Translations under genes and position numbers: made by a program | Shown: piece by piece, positions 25,272 to 36,699 of the stretch | How positions within the stretch are numbered: position 1 is the first letter of the stretch | How the letters are laid out: each line of letters starts with the position of its first letter | Notes under the pieces: model-generated | Told to the model about the DNA's origin: nothing | Databases searched by the model: none | The model's input: only the letters and a program-made list of their open reading frames with translations | NCBI GenBank assembly: GCA_001600815.1 | Contig: BCKZ01000001.1 | Coordinates: 292,613-356,612 of the forward strand | Length of the DNA: 64,000 bases | Source of the DNA: Alloascoidea hylecoeti | Taxonomy: Eukaryota | Direction of reading: 5' to 3'

Positions 25272-28046
25272 ATGCAAGGAAATAATACTCCAAATCAACA
25301 AAATCAACACGGATCCCATCCTCCTCGTCGTCAGAGTTATCATGCTAATGGTGGTGCTCACTTCCAAAACCAACGACGTTCCCAAAATAATCATATCCAA
25401 CCTCAATTCCGTCCTAATATGGGCTATGCTATTCCTGATGGTTATTATAGCCCCCAAGGGTTGTATCCCCAAGTACAATATGGTACCTATCCAGTTCAGT
25501 ACCCTTACCAGCAATATGGTACCGCAATGCCTCCATTGATGGACCAACAATTCACTCCTATATTGCCAGACTCTCAACTCCGTCCCGAGAATATTGCATC
25601 GCCTAGAACCCCAACATCACCTCTTCATACTAGAACTGCTTCTCAAAGAACCCCAATTAGTATAAAAAGACCAACTGGTGAGACTATCTCCTTCACACCT
25701 GCTTCTGTCAAGTCATCTAATAGTAACACATCAACACCTATTAGTACACCTGCTAGCTTGAAGAGTAACCTCCTTGCCAGCCCTCTAAAAAAGGAGACGA
25801 AAATTGCTCCCACTACCCCTTCTACCACTAATTCTAAGCCTCTTGCAAAGCCTGCTGCTAAGAATTCTACAGTTGCTGAGTTTATGAAAAAAGTTGCCAA
25901 AGCTGCTGAAGAATCTAAAAAGAAATTGGAAGCTAAAGCTGGTTCTAATCCAAAAGTCGAAGCTAAAGAAGAAGCTATCAACGAAAAGAAGGTTAAAGAG
26001 GAAGCCGAATTGAAAGCCAAAGAAGAGTCCGAGAAAAAGGCCAAGGAAGAGGCTGACCAAAAGGCTAAAATAGAAGCTGAACAGAAAGCTAAAGAAGAAG
26101 CTGAGTTAAAGGCTAAAGAAGAAGCCGAATTAAAAGCTACAGAAGAAGCTGAACAAAAGGTCAAAGAAGAAGCTGAGTTAAAGGCTAAACAAGAAGCCGA
26201 ACAAAAAGCCAAAGAATTGGAAGAATTAAAAAAAGAGGAAGAAAGGAAACGAATCCAACAACAAGCAAGTGAAATTGAAAATAGTATAAATTCTCAATTA
26301 GAAGCTGCTACCAATGCAGCAAATGCTCCTCCAGTTGAAGAAGATGTTGAAAACAAGAATAAAATGTCAATGACTCAATTTATTAATAGAATTAAAAGTG
26401 TCAAGCCAATAACTGATATTTATACATTCAAATACCCTGGTTTAACTCAACCTCCTTCGGATAGATTTAAAGGTAGTTCCAAACCAAAATATGATCCTCT
26501 TTTCTTGATGGAATTTCAAGCCATAACTTATCCTATTGATGATGAATTTGCCACTAAGATTTCTAAGTTGATTATTTCTAAACCTCAGGAACCTCGTGCT
26601 CAGTCAAGTTACAATAAAAACTTTTCAAAAGGTGGTGGTGTTGGTCAATTTAATATGTCAGGAGCTAGGCAATTTTCAAACAGAGGTAAACGAAACGTTG
26701 AATCAAGAAATCCATCAAGGAAAAATAACCGTGATGGACAGATGAGATCAAATACAAGAAGGGAAAATACTCGTAGAAACGAGCCAGAAAAGGATGAGAA
26801 ACCTGAACCACCAAAAGAACCTGTTGTACCTCTTCCTCAATCTAAAAACAGATGGATTCCAAAAAGTAGAGCTCAACCTGTTGAATCACAAAAGGCACCT
26901 GATGGATCTGATATCATGGATGCTGAAACAGTTCAACGTACTGTTAAATCATTATTAAATAAAATGACGTTGGAAAAATTCGATAAAATTTCAGGTCAAA
27001 TTATTGATATTGCTAAGCAATCAAGATTTGAAAATGATGGAAGAACATTAAGACAAGTTCTTGAACAAACTTTTGCAAAAGCTTGTGATGAACCACATTG
27101 GTCTTCAATGTATGCACAATTCTGTGCTGCAATGTTTAATTCTGTTTCTGAAGAAATTTCTGATGATGATATTAAAGATAAGAATGGTCAACCTATAACT
27201 GGTGGGCTTTTATTCAGGAAATATCTATTAAACCGTTGTCAAGAAGAGTATGAATCTGATAGAGTTTCTGCAGAAAATAGTACTGGAGTTAAAGATCTTG
27301 AATCTACTGCTCCTGATCAACTTACTGATGAGTATTATATTGCAGTAGCAGCGAAACGAAGACAGCTTGGTCTTGTTAGATTTATTGGAGAACTTTACAT
27401 TCTTGGTTTATTAACCGAAAAGGTTATTCTTGCATGTACTGGTGATTTAATCAATTCCGTTAACAGAGAAGAAGATACAACCTTAACCTTTGAAACATTA
27501 TGCCAGTTACTTACAACTGTTGGACCAAGGTTACAAGGATCTCAAAGGTCAGGAGCTAGACTCGATCAAATCTTTTTACAATTAAAAACTATTATAGATA
27601 CTTTTGGCCTATCTGCTCGTATTAAATTTATGATTATGGATTTAATTGATTTAAAGAATGCTAACTGGGTAGGGAAACAAACTGAACAACAAGTCAAGAC
27701 AATTGCTGAAATAGAAGCAGAAGCTAGACAAAATGAACATGAAGATAATCGCAGAAAAGACTCCTCTCGTCAAAATTCAAACAGAAATCCAAACAGAAAT
27801 ACAGGCTTCAATGGTGCTTTCAAAACAGTTAGAAATACTGAAAGTTCCCTTTTTGGACCAAAGAATAACTTTGGTAGTAGAATGAAAAATAGTGGTTTGA
27901 GTAGCAGATCAGCTAGTATCAATTCTAATCGTGAGAATAGTAAGGTTTCGGAACCAAGTAAAACAACATCACAATTAAATATGTTTGCAGCTTTGCAACA
28001 TGATGATGATGATGCTGAAAAATCAAAACCTGAAGAAGATCTGTAA
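25272..28046 (+). CDS. TIF4631: Translation initiation factor eIF4G
   Basis: eIF4E-binding motif YDPLFLM and MIF4G domain (VKSLLNKMTLEKFDKI, KACDEPHWSSMYAQ, GLVRFIGEL). First ATG at 25272 in AAAATG context. Confidence 0.93.
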   Translation: MQGNNTPNQQNQHGSHPPRRQSYHANGGAHFQNQRRSQNNHIQPQFRPNMGYAIPDGYYSPQGLYPQVQYGTYPVQYPYQQYGTAMPPLMDQQFTPILPDSQLRPENIASPRTPTSPLHTRTASQRTPISIKRPTGETISFTPASVKSSNSNTSTPISTPASLKSNLLASPLKKETKIAPTTPSTTNSKPLAKPAAKNSTVAEFMKKVAKAAEESKKKLEAKAGSNPKVEAKEEAINEKKVKEEAELKAKEESEKKAKEEADQKAKIEAEQKAKEEAELKAKEEAELKATEEAEQKVKEEAELKAKQEAEQKAKELEELKKEEERKRIQQQASEIENSINSQLEAATNAANAPPVEEDVENKNKMSMTQFINRIKSVKPITDIYTFKYPGLTQPPSDRFKGSSKPKYDPLFLMEFQAITYPIDDEFATKISKLIISKPQEPRAQSSYNKNFSKGGGVGQFNMSGARQFSNRGKRNVESRNPSRKNNRDGQMRSNTRRENTRRNEPEKDEKPEPPKEPVVPLPQSKNRWIPKSRAQPVESQKAPDGSDIMDAETVQRTVKSLLNKMTLEKFDKISGQIIDIAKQSRFENDGRTLRQVLEQTFAKACDEPHWSSMYAQFCAAMFNSVSEEISDDDIKDKNGQPITGGLLFRKYLLNRCQEEYESDRVSAENSTGVKDLESTAPDQLTDEYYIAVAAKRRQLGLVRFIGELYILGLLTEKVILACTGDLINSVNREEDTTLTFETLCQLLTTVGPRLQGSQRSGARLDQIFLQLKTIIDTFGLSARIKFMIMDLIDLKNANWVGKQTEQQVKTIAEIEAEARQNEHEDNRRKDSSRQNSNRNPNRNTGFNGAFKTVRNTESSLFGPKNNFGSRMKNSGLSSRSASINSNRENSKVSEPSKTTSQLNMFAALQHDDDDAEKSKPEEDL
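25960..26220 (+). repeat. In-frame 24-bp minisatellite encoding (KAKEEAE[L/Q])n in eIF4G
   Basis: About 9-10 degenerate 8-aa units are visible in the translation. Confidence 0.85.
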
Positions 28047-31000
28047 TTTTAATAATATTAATATCTTTATCGTGTATTTAATAATTAATTTTTTTAAATC
28101 TTTAATTTCAATATCAGTTTAGTTGTATTATTAATTAAGAGTATATTCAATTGTGCAGTGATATAAATAAGAGGATATATTTAAAGCCCTTTATACTACT
28201 TATTCCAAAAAAGCGTATTTTGAACGCTTTTATAGTGTATTCTGTGTTTGTTTAACATATTTAGCTAATGCCTTAACTGATGACTTGAAAGCCATTTCGG
28301 CTGTTTTTGCATTAGACTCGAGTTTCTCCCTTACAATCAGCCATATCAACAGTCGGTTAGAGTTAGTTTAAGTTTACATTGTTAATTGTAGCTACAAGAC
28401 ACACCATTCAAGCAGAAGCATATATTATTGCTCTTCCACGGTGATGATGCCAGTATTGTGATAATTGCAAACATAAGAATTCCACGCAGAGCAATTTTTG
28501 TCAAAAAAAAAAAAGTAAATTATACATTGGCCCGCGATATAGAATTTGAAATGGTGACAAAATTTATTATACAAAGCGCTTAAGTTCATATACCGTATAT
28601 CCAGATATAATTAATCTTAAGCCTATAGTATATTTAAACTCTATCCCGCACGCGTAATATTATGTCCTGGTTCAATGGCCCCAATTTTGACGTTATGGAA
28701 CTAGAATCACGATAAATGCCAGATTTGACTATAAAAGGAACAATATTATTGAAATTTATATTTAGAATGATTTAGGCTAATATTCTGGTTTAAATATTGA
28801 TCTAATAATAAGCGCTTAAGACCTATAGGTATAAATATCTATAAATTCTATAGTTTTAGCCGTTAATAAAACGTGAGATAATTTCACAATACGTTCCATA
28901 AACTCATCCAGATAGTATACAATTCACACTGTCAATTAAAGTTGTAAATTTATATTTAGATGTGTTTATATCAACTTCAATTACAAGCTTACAAAGAGAA
29001 TAATTTCTTTAAAATTATTAATGCTGTTGCAGTTGATGATTCATAACATTTATGTTGAATATATAACATTAATTGATTCGACTTTGTACAGTTTCAACCA
29101 ATGAGTACCGAGGAAGAAAAGTCTAGATAGTTCACTGGTTATAATTATAACGTTAACATTATATTAATTAAGAAACATAAGATTAATCCATGGTTGGTTA
29201 CTAAATGTTTAATATTGATAATAAATACAACATTAAATCCATTTTATTCTCAATATATATATATATATAAAATAGAAAAAGAAAAATATTCAATATATTA
29301 ATTGTGTATCATAGAAAGTCTTTCTAAAACAAAAACAGCTAACACCAAATTATATGTGTTCATTCGAATTATTTCATCATTACCCTATAGCATAAAAATG
29401 AATAATTGAGGATTTAACTGAGGTTTATGACATCATTTATGTCATGCATAACATATATCAAAATTATTTCAGATCAAGCTGGTCCCCACTCTAATAGATT
29501 CCCCAAGACATAATTAATTTGCAGTTATGTATGTACAATTAAATATGATCTTAAGCTCGTGATCGTACCCATATTTCAAACTTCACTTTTTAAAATAGAA
29601 GATATCCAATCAAATGTTGAACAAAAGTGATATTGCATTAATAATACGGTTATCTGTATCTAGTTATAGCCAATTGCAAAGATATTTTCAGTTCGCTTAA
29701 TCATAACCACTCATCAAAATTCATGACAGTATTCTTGATTACGATATATATTATTGCTATAGCTGATATTATGTGGTTAACACTATCATTTAACCCATAG
29801 TTTTCCGTTTGCTGTATAAAAAACAGCTGCAATCACACTCCATACATAGTCTTATAAATACAAATTTGCAAATATAACATGCTATATAGGCCTTTAAACC
29901 AGCTAAAACTAGTGCAACATCATCTCCCCTCTCGATGATCTCGATCATTTAATGATCCTTTCGAGTCCAGTTCACTTAAGATTGTATTTAATTATAAATA
30001 CGAATATAGATGTTGAGGCTTTATTATATAAGATTTTACTTGGAGTTAAATATCGATATCAGCTTGATAATCATAAATGAATCAAAAGTTTTACGGTATA
30101 GTTCATACAATTTATACATACAGATCGTAATCATGAGAGCAACTAGTATTTGAACTGAAGGGAATTTCAATTTAGTTAAAATTGTTTTCTTTTCTATAGG
30201 CATGCAGCCTTAACCACTATATAATTAATGTTGAATCTACAATGCCCATAATATAAATAATAACAAAAGTAATGATATAATTAATTGCCATTACAAAAGT
30301 CAACTCGGGTAATCAGGTTATAAGAACTCCACAATAATTATTTTAAGCCTTCGAAATACATAGTTGAAAACTTGAAATATTTAATCACTAATGCATATGA
30401 TTATCATGAAATTTATGTAGCGGAAGAACAACAAAATTAAGAAGCTATTCTAACTTTTATTTTCACTAAGAAATGGATGGTTATAAGTTATAACGTTACC
30501 GTTTAATTAAAGGATGCAGTCAATGTTTATAGTTAATATTAATATTAATTAATTACAAAATATTACACACCATCCAAGACCAGGCTCGCCATATTACGAT
30601 GATAATGGTACTGAAAGAGAAGAAAAACCCACAAAAACGAAAAAAGAATATAGCAAGATACGGTTTCCGAAACGAACGATCCATGATCATACCATAACTA
30701 CTCTTGAAAATACAAAATTTAAAGTAAGAGCAAGCTAAATCAACTATATGATTGCTTTATAAGAGGATTTTATACGAATAACGTTATAATTATAACGGTA
30801 ATTTAACAGTTTCAAGCTTATAAAGGTGATCTGATCATAATATAAGTATGCAAGGATGCTATCAATAGTTGGTAATACTGTGGTATTAGTGGTGTTTTCA
30901 AAGTATGGCTCGCATATTACTTGCATACGGTTATTTGTTAAAGTCAAGTATGTGCTAGTTGGACAAATCAGAGAAATGATTTGAGCTTAAGGTAATTTAA

Positions 31001-31890
31001 TATGAGCTCAAGTCTGTAGCAGAGTCTATAGCTCGAGCGCTCCATACACCTAGCGGCCCTAGCCTGACCCGGTAACTTTTTCGGTCCTCGTTTAGCGAAG
31101 AAATCTAAAAAATTATATGCTAAACTGATGAATCAAATGACGCTTATATATTATATAATTATATTAAGTTTGAATGCTGGGAAAATCGTACCAAAAGGAT
31201 CAAAGGAGAATATGACAGATGTTGGAAATTCTATGCATCATTTTTCTTTCACGGGTATATCTGGCGAATAAAAACAAAGTTAACAAACTTCCAAAATAAT
31301 ATCCTGGAAATCCTGCTGCTCCCTTCATGCCTTGTCTGGAGAGGAAAATCAGCTACTGTCCTGGCATCACATTTAATAGTTATGACCTTTCTGTATCTTT
31401 CAATTGACTATCCTCCGGATCTAAATTTGTAGCGTATATAAATACGGATGAAATTCCATATTTAGCTTTTTTATATTGCTTTTTTTCTTATTTCAGAACC
31501 TTCTCGAAATGAACTTCACCTTTTAGTCAATGAAGCAATTGATCATTGATTTCGTTTATTCATTGAATCGAACCGTTTTGGAGTTTTGACCCATCAATCG
31601 CGAAAAAAGTTGTACGCGTTCAAGTAACTCATTTTATGTTTCGAAGAATGAATACTTTCTCCTCGATTATTCAAGGCTTGTAATTAGAAACTTCAATAAA
31701 TAACAACTAAGGCAGGTATACTTTGTTTTCCTCTTTTTTTTAAAATTTGTTTTAAAAGCTCAAAATTTGTTTTCAGGGTTCTAACATAACTTATTATACA
31801 TGTATGCTTATTCAAGACCCAATTTCCAGCCACAGCTCCAGTTCAGCAATAAGCGCATACTACAAGCTCGTTACTTCTACTTCATTGGTA

Positions 31891-32737
31891 CAGTAGATAG
31901 AAACCAATTGTTAGCCTCAACATGCTTTTATTTTCATTCGTTTGCAGTTCAAGCATCCTATTTTTGATCTTCGATCCGATTTCCATTATTCATCCTAAGC
32001 TCCCACCGCTTTAGATGTTTTTAATTATTCAACCCATACAGCGGCACATCATCCAACAGTTTATGAAGATTTGAAATTGAAACAAAAAAAATTCCAAGTG
32101 AATGCTAAATCAAAGGTTTGATTATGCCAGACAAAGAAAATTCCCTGGATTATATTTCTTCAGTAATATTTTTTAAAGGGTCAACTTCTATTTTTTATGC
32201 AATGATTAATGCATAAAATCTTACTAAAGGGGCAAGTGGCCAGTCTCTTAAATCCTAGTATGTTATTTGCAACAACAACCTTATTATAATTGGACTGCTC
32301 ATGTTTTTAAAAATTCTTTCTTGGGTGTTGGTCAAATTAATTAATATAAGAAAATGTTAATGAAATTTAGAGATTATTTTTTAAACTGTTTCAACAATTA
32401 CAGTGTTTTATTCAATAACTTCTTTTGAAGTACAACAAAAAGAAGATGGGATAACAAAAAATAAATAATTTTGGTTATTATAATTATAATATTGTAAGGA
32501 TTTTACAACTTTCCAATATTTATTACTTGGTAATCAAATAATATTTCAGGCCCACAACTCTCACAATGGTTACCTCTCTATAGCTGGTTCTTGAGTCTTG
32601 AATTTTTCTTTTTAAAAAAGTTTTAATCTAAAATATGCTTTATTTTTCAGTTTTTTGAGGGTCAAAAATAGGATGTTTGAATTGCAAACGACTAATAATA
32701 AAGGCATGAAATGGGGCAAACAAATTTAAATTCACTA
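31891..32737. mobile_element. Non-autonomous Tc1/mariner-like element (about 850 bp) with terminal inverted repeats
   Basis: 31921-31974 and 32655-32708 are inverted copies (45/54 identical by hand count). The left end reads TA|CAGT at 31889-31894; the right end is degenerate. Confidence 0.7.
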
Positions 32738-33399
32738 AAGTTAATTCATCTTTTTAAGAGAACATGTTAAGCTTAAGTCAGTTAATTATGAGGAAGTGAA
32801 AAAATAAGAATCAATTTTTCTTGTCATATATTATGTTATATTAAAATTAATAGTAACAATGAAATAAATAGAAATTTATAGTTAATTTAAACAGATCTGG
32901 ATTGTTAAAATTTTGAATATTAATATTAGCTTTAACTATTTTTGGAATGTGTGTTTATGAACAACTACTTAATTAAATCTTACTTAAAAGTTATAATCAC
33001 TCAATAATATAATTATAAAACGTGAAGAGTAACGTTAGATAATAATAATTAATATTAATATTTAAATTGACTTAAATTTCTACACATCTAGGGTAAGTTT
33101 CCGCCACCATATGAGCCATAAGAAACACATAAACTATCATATTATCCTCTGTCAAATCGAAGAAGAGTGTATTTCATATTTTTCCAATACCGTAGATAAC
33201 CTAGAACTTAGTCCTTGGATGAATTAGAAGACTCGCGATCGGATGAGTTAGAATACTCGGATGCCACAACATCGATCAGTTGTAACCACGAATTACAAAT
33301 TCAGTAACAAATATTATCACTAAAATCTACTTAATCCCATAGTTCTGATAATATTAATATTTGTCAAATATTTTCTCTTTGTAGTTCTTATAACTATGC

Positions 33400-34590
33400 A
33401 TATGGTGTAAGATTTCTTCTGCGAGTTAGGGTATCTGGCTCACTATATCCAATTTTCCGACGCGCATTTTTCTTTGCTATCTCGGGGAAATTATGTTTAA
33501 TCAGGGCTTCTCTCACTTACACGTCTAAATTCCACTTCGAATAGTTTTAAGTGGTTTTTGAGAACCGTAGTGGGAATATGAGATAATAAAGCTTTCTGCG
33601 TCCCCTTGATGTGGCTTCTCCAAACGCGTAATTAACCATGTAGTTTTAGCTTCTCCAGTCACATTTTGAAAATTTCTTTTATAAACTCTGGAGATTCAAC
33701 CCTTCAGCAAAATCTTCATATAATATGAATTTTTACTTGATTGTTTTTATTACTTCTTCCTGGTTTTGTCCCTCCCAAAATTTTCCAAAAATTTCCAAAC
33801 TTAAAATCTTCTGTCAAAAGGCCATATCCCAGTCGCTGAAAATCCAAAAGTGACAGTTTCAGGGGTCATATCATATGGTGTTTCCTCCTGATATATTGTA
33901 ACAAAATCCTTTTTTGAGTCGATGGTTGATGGGATTTGCTACAAGTTTCTCGTCAATAATATTTTTAAGCCTCTTCTTTAGTGAACCAAAACTAGAAACA
34001 TTCGATACTTGAGTTTCCCGACGAGTGTGCACAGTAAAAACGAAGACTCTAACATCAGCTGTGTACCTGTTTTATCAAAGTTTCCAATACGAGAGAATCG
34101 TGATGTTGTATTGAGAGAATATTGAAGTAATTCCCGGGGATATTTTGGATCCTCGCTTAAAACTCTGTACGCATCAAGTTTTCCGTTCTCCCAAAGAGTG
34201 TACAGTGTCTTGCAATGATCAGCATATGATATTTGATGGAATAATATGCCTTGCTATAGCGTTTCTTATTGACAATTATTGAGACGGATCTCTTTTCACG
34301 CTCACAATCATTCCATCAACCAGCTCACAAACATGTTTTACATCTGCGGCACAACCATTTTTACACGAAATGAAAAATAGCCTAACGAACTCTTCCTCCT
34401 CAAAAGTAGATAGAAGCCTTTGATTTTGGTGGGACTCTCACTGTGAAAGAGATCGTGAAGATTTCATAATACCATATTTGTTTGAAATTTTCACATACAG
34501 CATCTTCGTGTGTTACCTCTTGTATCTAACGGCTTAGAGTACGATCTTGGTCTTATGGTCACCCTCAATCAATAGCGTCCTTGAACATGC
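33400..34590 (-). mobile_element. pogo/Fot1 transposase pseudogene, internally deleted
   Basis: Ordered fragments: KISNKYGIMKSS (HTH), NQRLLSTFEEEEFVRL (CENP-B-like), RIGNFDKTG (NFDETG), TQVSNVSSFGSLKKRL, TPETVTFGFSATGIWPFD. Confidence 0.8.
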
Positions 34591-35133
34591 AATTTTAAAT
34601 TTTGGCGGTCATTTAATGGTTGTTTTAAACATAGAACTTTTGAGCTGTGGTGATTTGGGACCTTTCCTGTATATTGGGGTAGCCATCTAGAATTTATTTT
34701 CTTAATTCTCACAATATAATATGATGACCGTTTTTATAAAAAACCTATACTATTTTTTGATCATACTAGCATCATATGATATATATATACAATATATGGC
34801 AGCTTCCAACAAATTTTCGTGGCATGATGAAAAAGTGTGGCTTATGAATGGATCTACTACACTAAAGTTTAGAAATTTTCTAACAGCGCAAAAAAGCAGA
34901 GGAAATACTAAACTATTATCAGAATAATAATACTAAGTGGATCTTAGTAATCTGATTTATAATAACATATATTTGTTGCTAGATTTGTAATTTGTAGTTG
35001 CAACAGAACAATGTTGTGACATCCGAGTGTTTCTTACTCATTCGAGTTCTATGCCGTACGGTCTATAAAAAAATATGAAATATAAAGATTTTCTTTGATA
35101 TTGAAAATCTACCGTTTAATTATATGGTCATCT

Positions 35134-35230
35134 TGTGGGCGAATTAATAATTTAACATGTGGGCGAATAATTTCACAAATATGGGCGAATATATACGTTA
35201 ACAAGTGGTCGATATTAACACAAAACTCGA
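35134..35230. repeat. Array of TGGGCGAAT x3 plus TGGTCGAT, probably terminal transposase-binding repeats of the adjacent pogo element
   Basis: Repeats are spaced about 22-25 bp apart and lie upstream of the minus-strand transposase. The functional link is inferred. Confidence 0.55.
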
Positions 35231-36699
35231 ATAGGGTTGTAACGACGGAACCCGTTTTGTTAGGACATTTTCTCTTAATTATGTATATATTATAATAGTT
35301 CTATAACGACTAACTAGGATATTTCGATGCCAATTACTTTAGATATCTTAAAAGATATAAAGTTTATGCTAACCATGTTCATCACTTTACCAATGGAATT
35401 TCATTTGTAAAGAAATGACTCTCAAACTCTGTGCTAATCTCTTCTGATATTAGAGCACACGGTGTAAACCTTTGTTAATTCTTATACAACTTGATCATCA
35501 ATCCACTTGAGTTTAAATTAGAATTTTCAATTGGAAAATTCGGAAGATGTATTTGATCATCTAGAAGTAACGTTAACAGTGATGGGTTCATAGCTATAGT
35601 ATATTGATATGGGAGAGCCACATAGCGATATTCATGTTTTGAGAAAAAATTGTGTCCATAAATAACGAAAAAAAGAAAGATCAAACATAACCGGAGAATA
35701 GTAAGTTGAAGTCTATCCCCAAATGTAGATATAGATGTTGTCAAAATATTTTCAACTGAATAATAACAAGAAAAGAAAATTAGGGGAGTGTCATATGATT
35801 GATTATCAGGATTATTATTATTTAAATATCAAAATCCCATTTATTAAACTTTTTACTTATACTATAGCTTAAGTTTTCTCTCATTATGCTCAAAGAGTTT
35901 AATAATTTTATTAATCGCAGTATTTTTCGTTTAGTCTACCGCAAATGTTGTATTGAAAATTAGTATGAAGCGAATAATCATAATCAATATCCACTGTATT
36001 TGAGGAAATGGAGCATAGATTGCAATTAACCATGAACCATCAAAAACTTCACTTCACTTTACCTAATATAACTGTAATTATTGAATTTCCTTTAGTCAAT
36101 TTCAATGTTACTGGAATGGAAATAAGCAAAAATTCACAGTTAAAAAAATTTAGAGGTAAATATAAATTATTTAAAAACTCATCATTAGTATATATTATAA
36201 CCTCCTGGATCTTCCTGATCCTTTTCGATTGTAACAAATATAGTATGATTGGACTGTTAATATGTTAATTATCGGAATAATAGAAAGATTCCATTTATTC
36301 CATTTCGTAACATCCTTTTTTTTTAACTAAACATGAGAAAGATAAGTTTGATGTACATGCATGTATTAGATTAGACTTTTATGTTTGTGAGGATATCCGT
36401 TGATGGAATTAAAGGTGATGTGCCAATGGTAAATCCCGTATATTCTGTATATTTTCTTCCGGGTTTGACTGCCGGAAGGATCACATATATTTAGCACATC
36501 ATAATGCCTATTTTTAATTAATATGGTCGAACAACTATGCCTGGTGTGGTTGAATATGTAGTATACACAGTGGTCTGAAATTAAGTGGAATTACTACATA
36601 TTATAACATCTTACAACTGACTTCACTATGTTTCCCAATTACGAAGAAGCCATAAATATAATCAACAATTGCAATAAACAACCAAAAGAAATTATATAA

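Noticed and set aside
25643..26212. 189-aa antisense ORF over eIF4G, and similar shadow ORFs at 55836-56357, 9516-9794 and 3637-6561
   Set aside because: These are by-products of repetitive or codon-biased sense genes, with no independent coding signal.
28265..28315. Hammerhead-like CTGATGA-ctt-GAAA-GCC..GGC core
   Set aside because: Stem II is absent (3 nt), the cleavage triplet would be CUG (G is not allowed) and the proximal stem I is only 2 bp.
31140..31700. Possible additional transposase relic on the minus strand
   Set aside because: The composition looks like decayed coding DNA, but I found no diagnostic motif.
35134..35230. Short regularly spaced repeats as a CRISPR-like array
   Set aside because: The repeats are only 9 nt, the context is eukaryotic and there are no cas genes. 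Transposon terminal repeats explain them better.
36470..36482. GCCGGAAGGA resembling the SRP RNA helix 8 loop
   Set aside because: The flanking helix 8 pairing and the long SRP stem are not evident.
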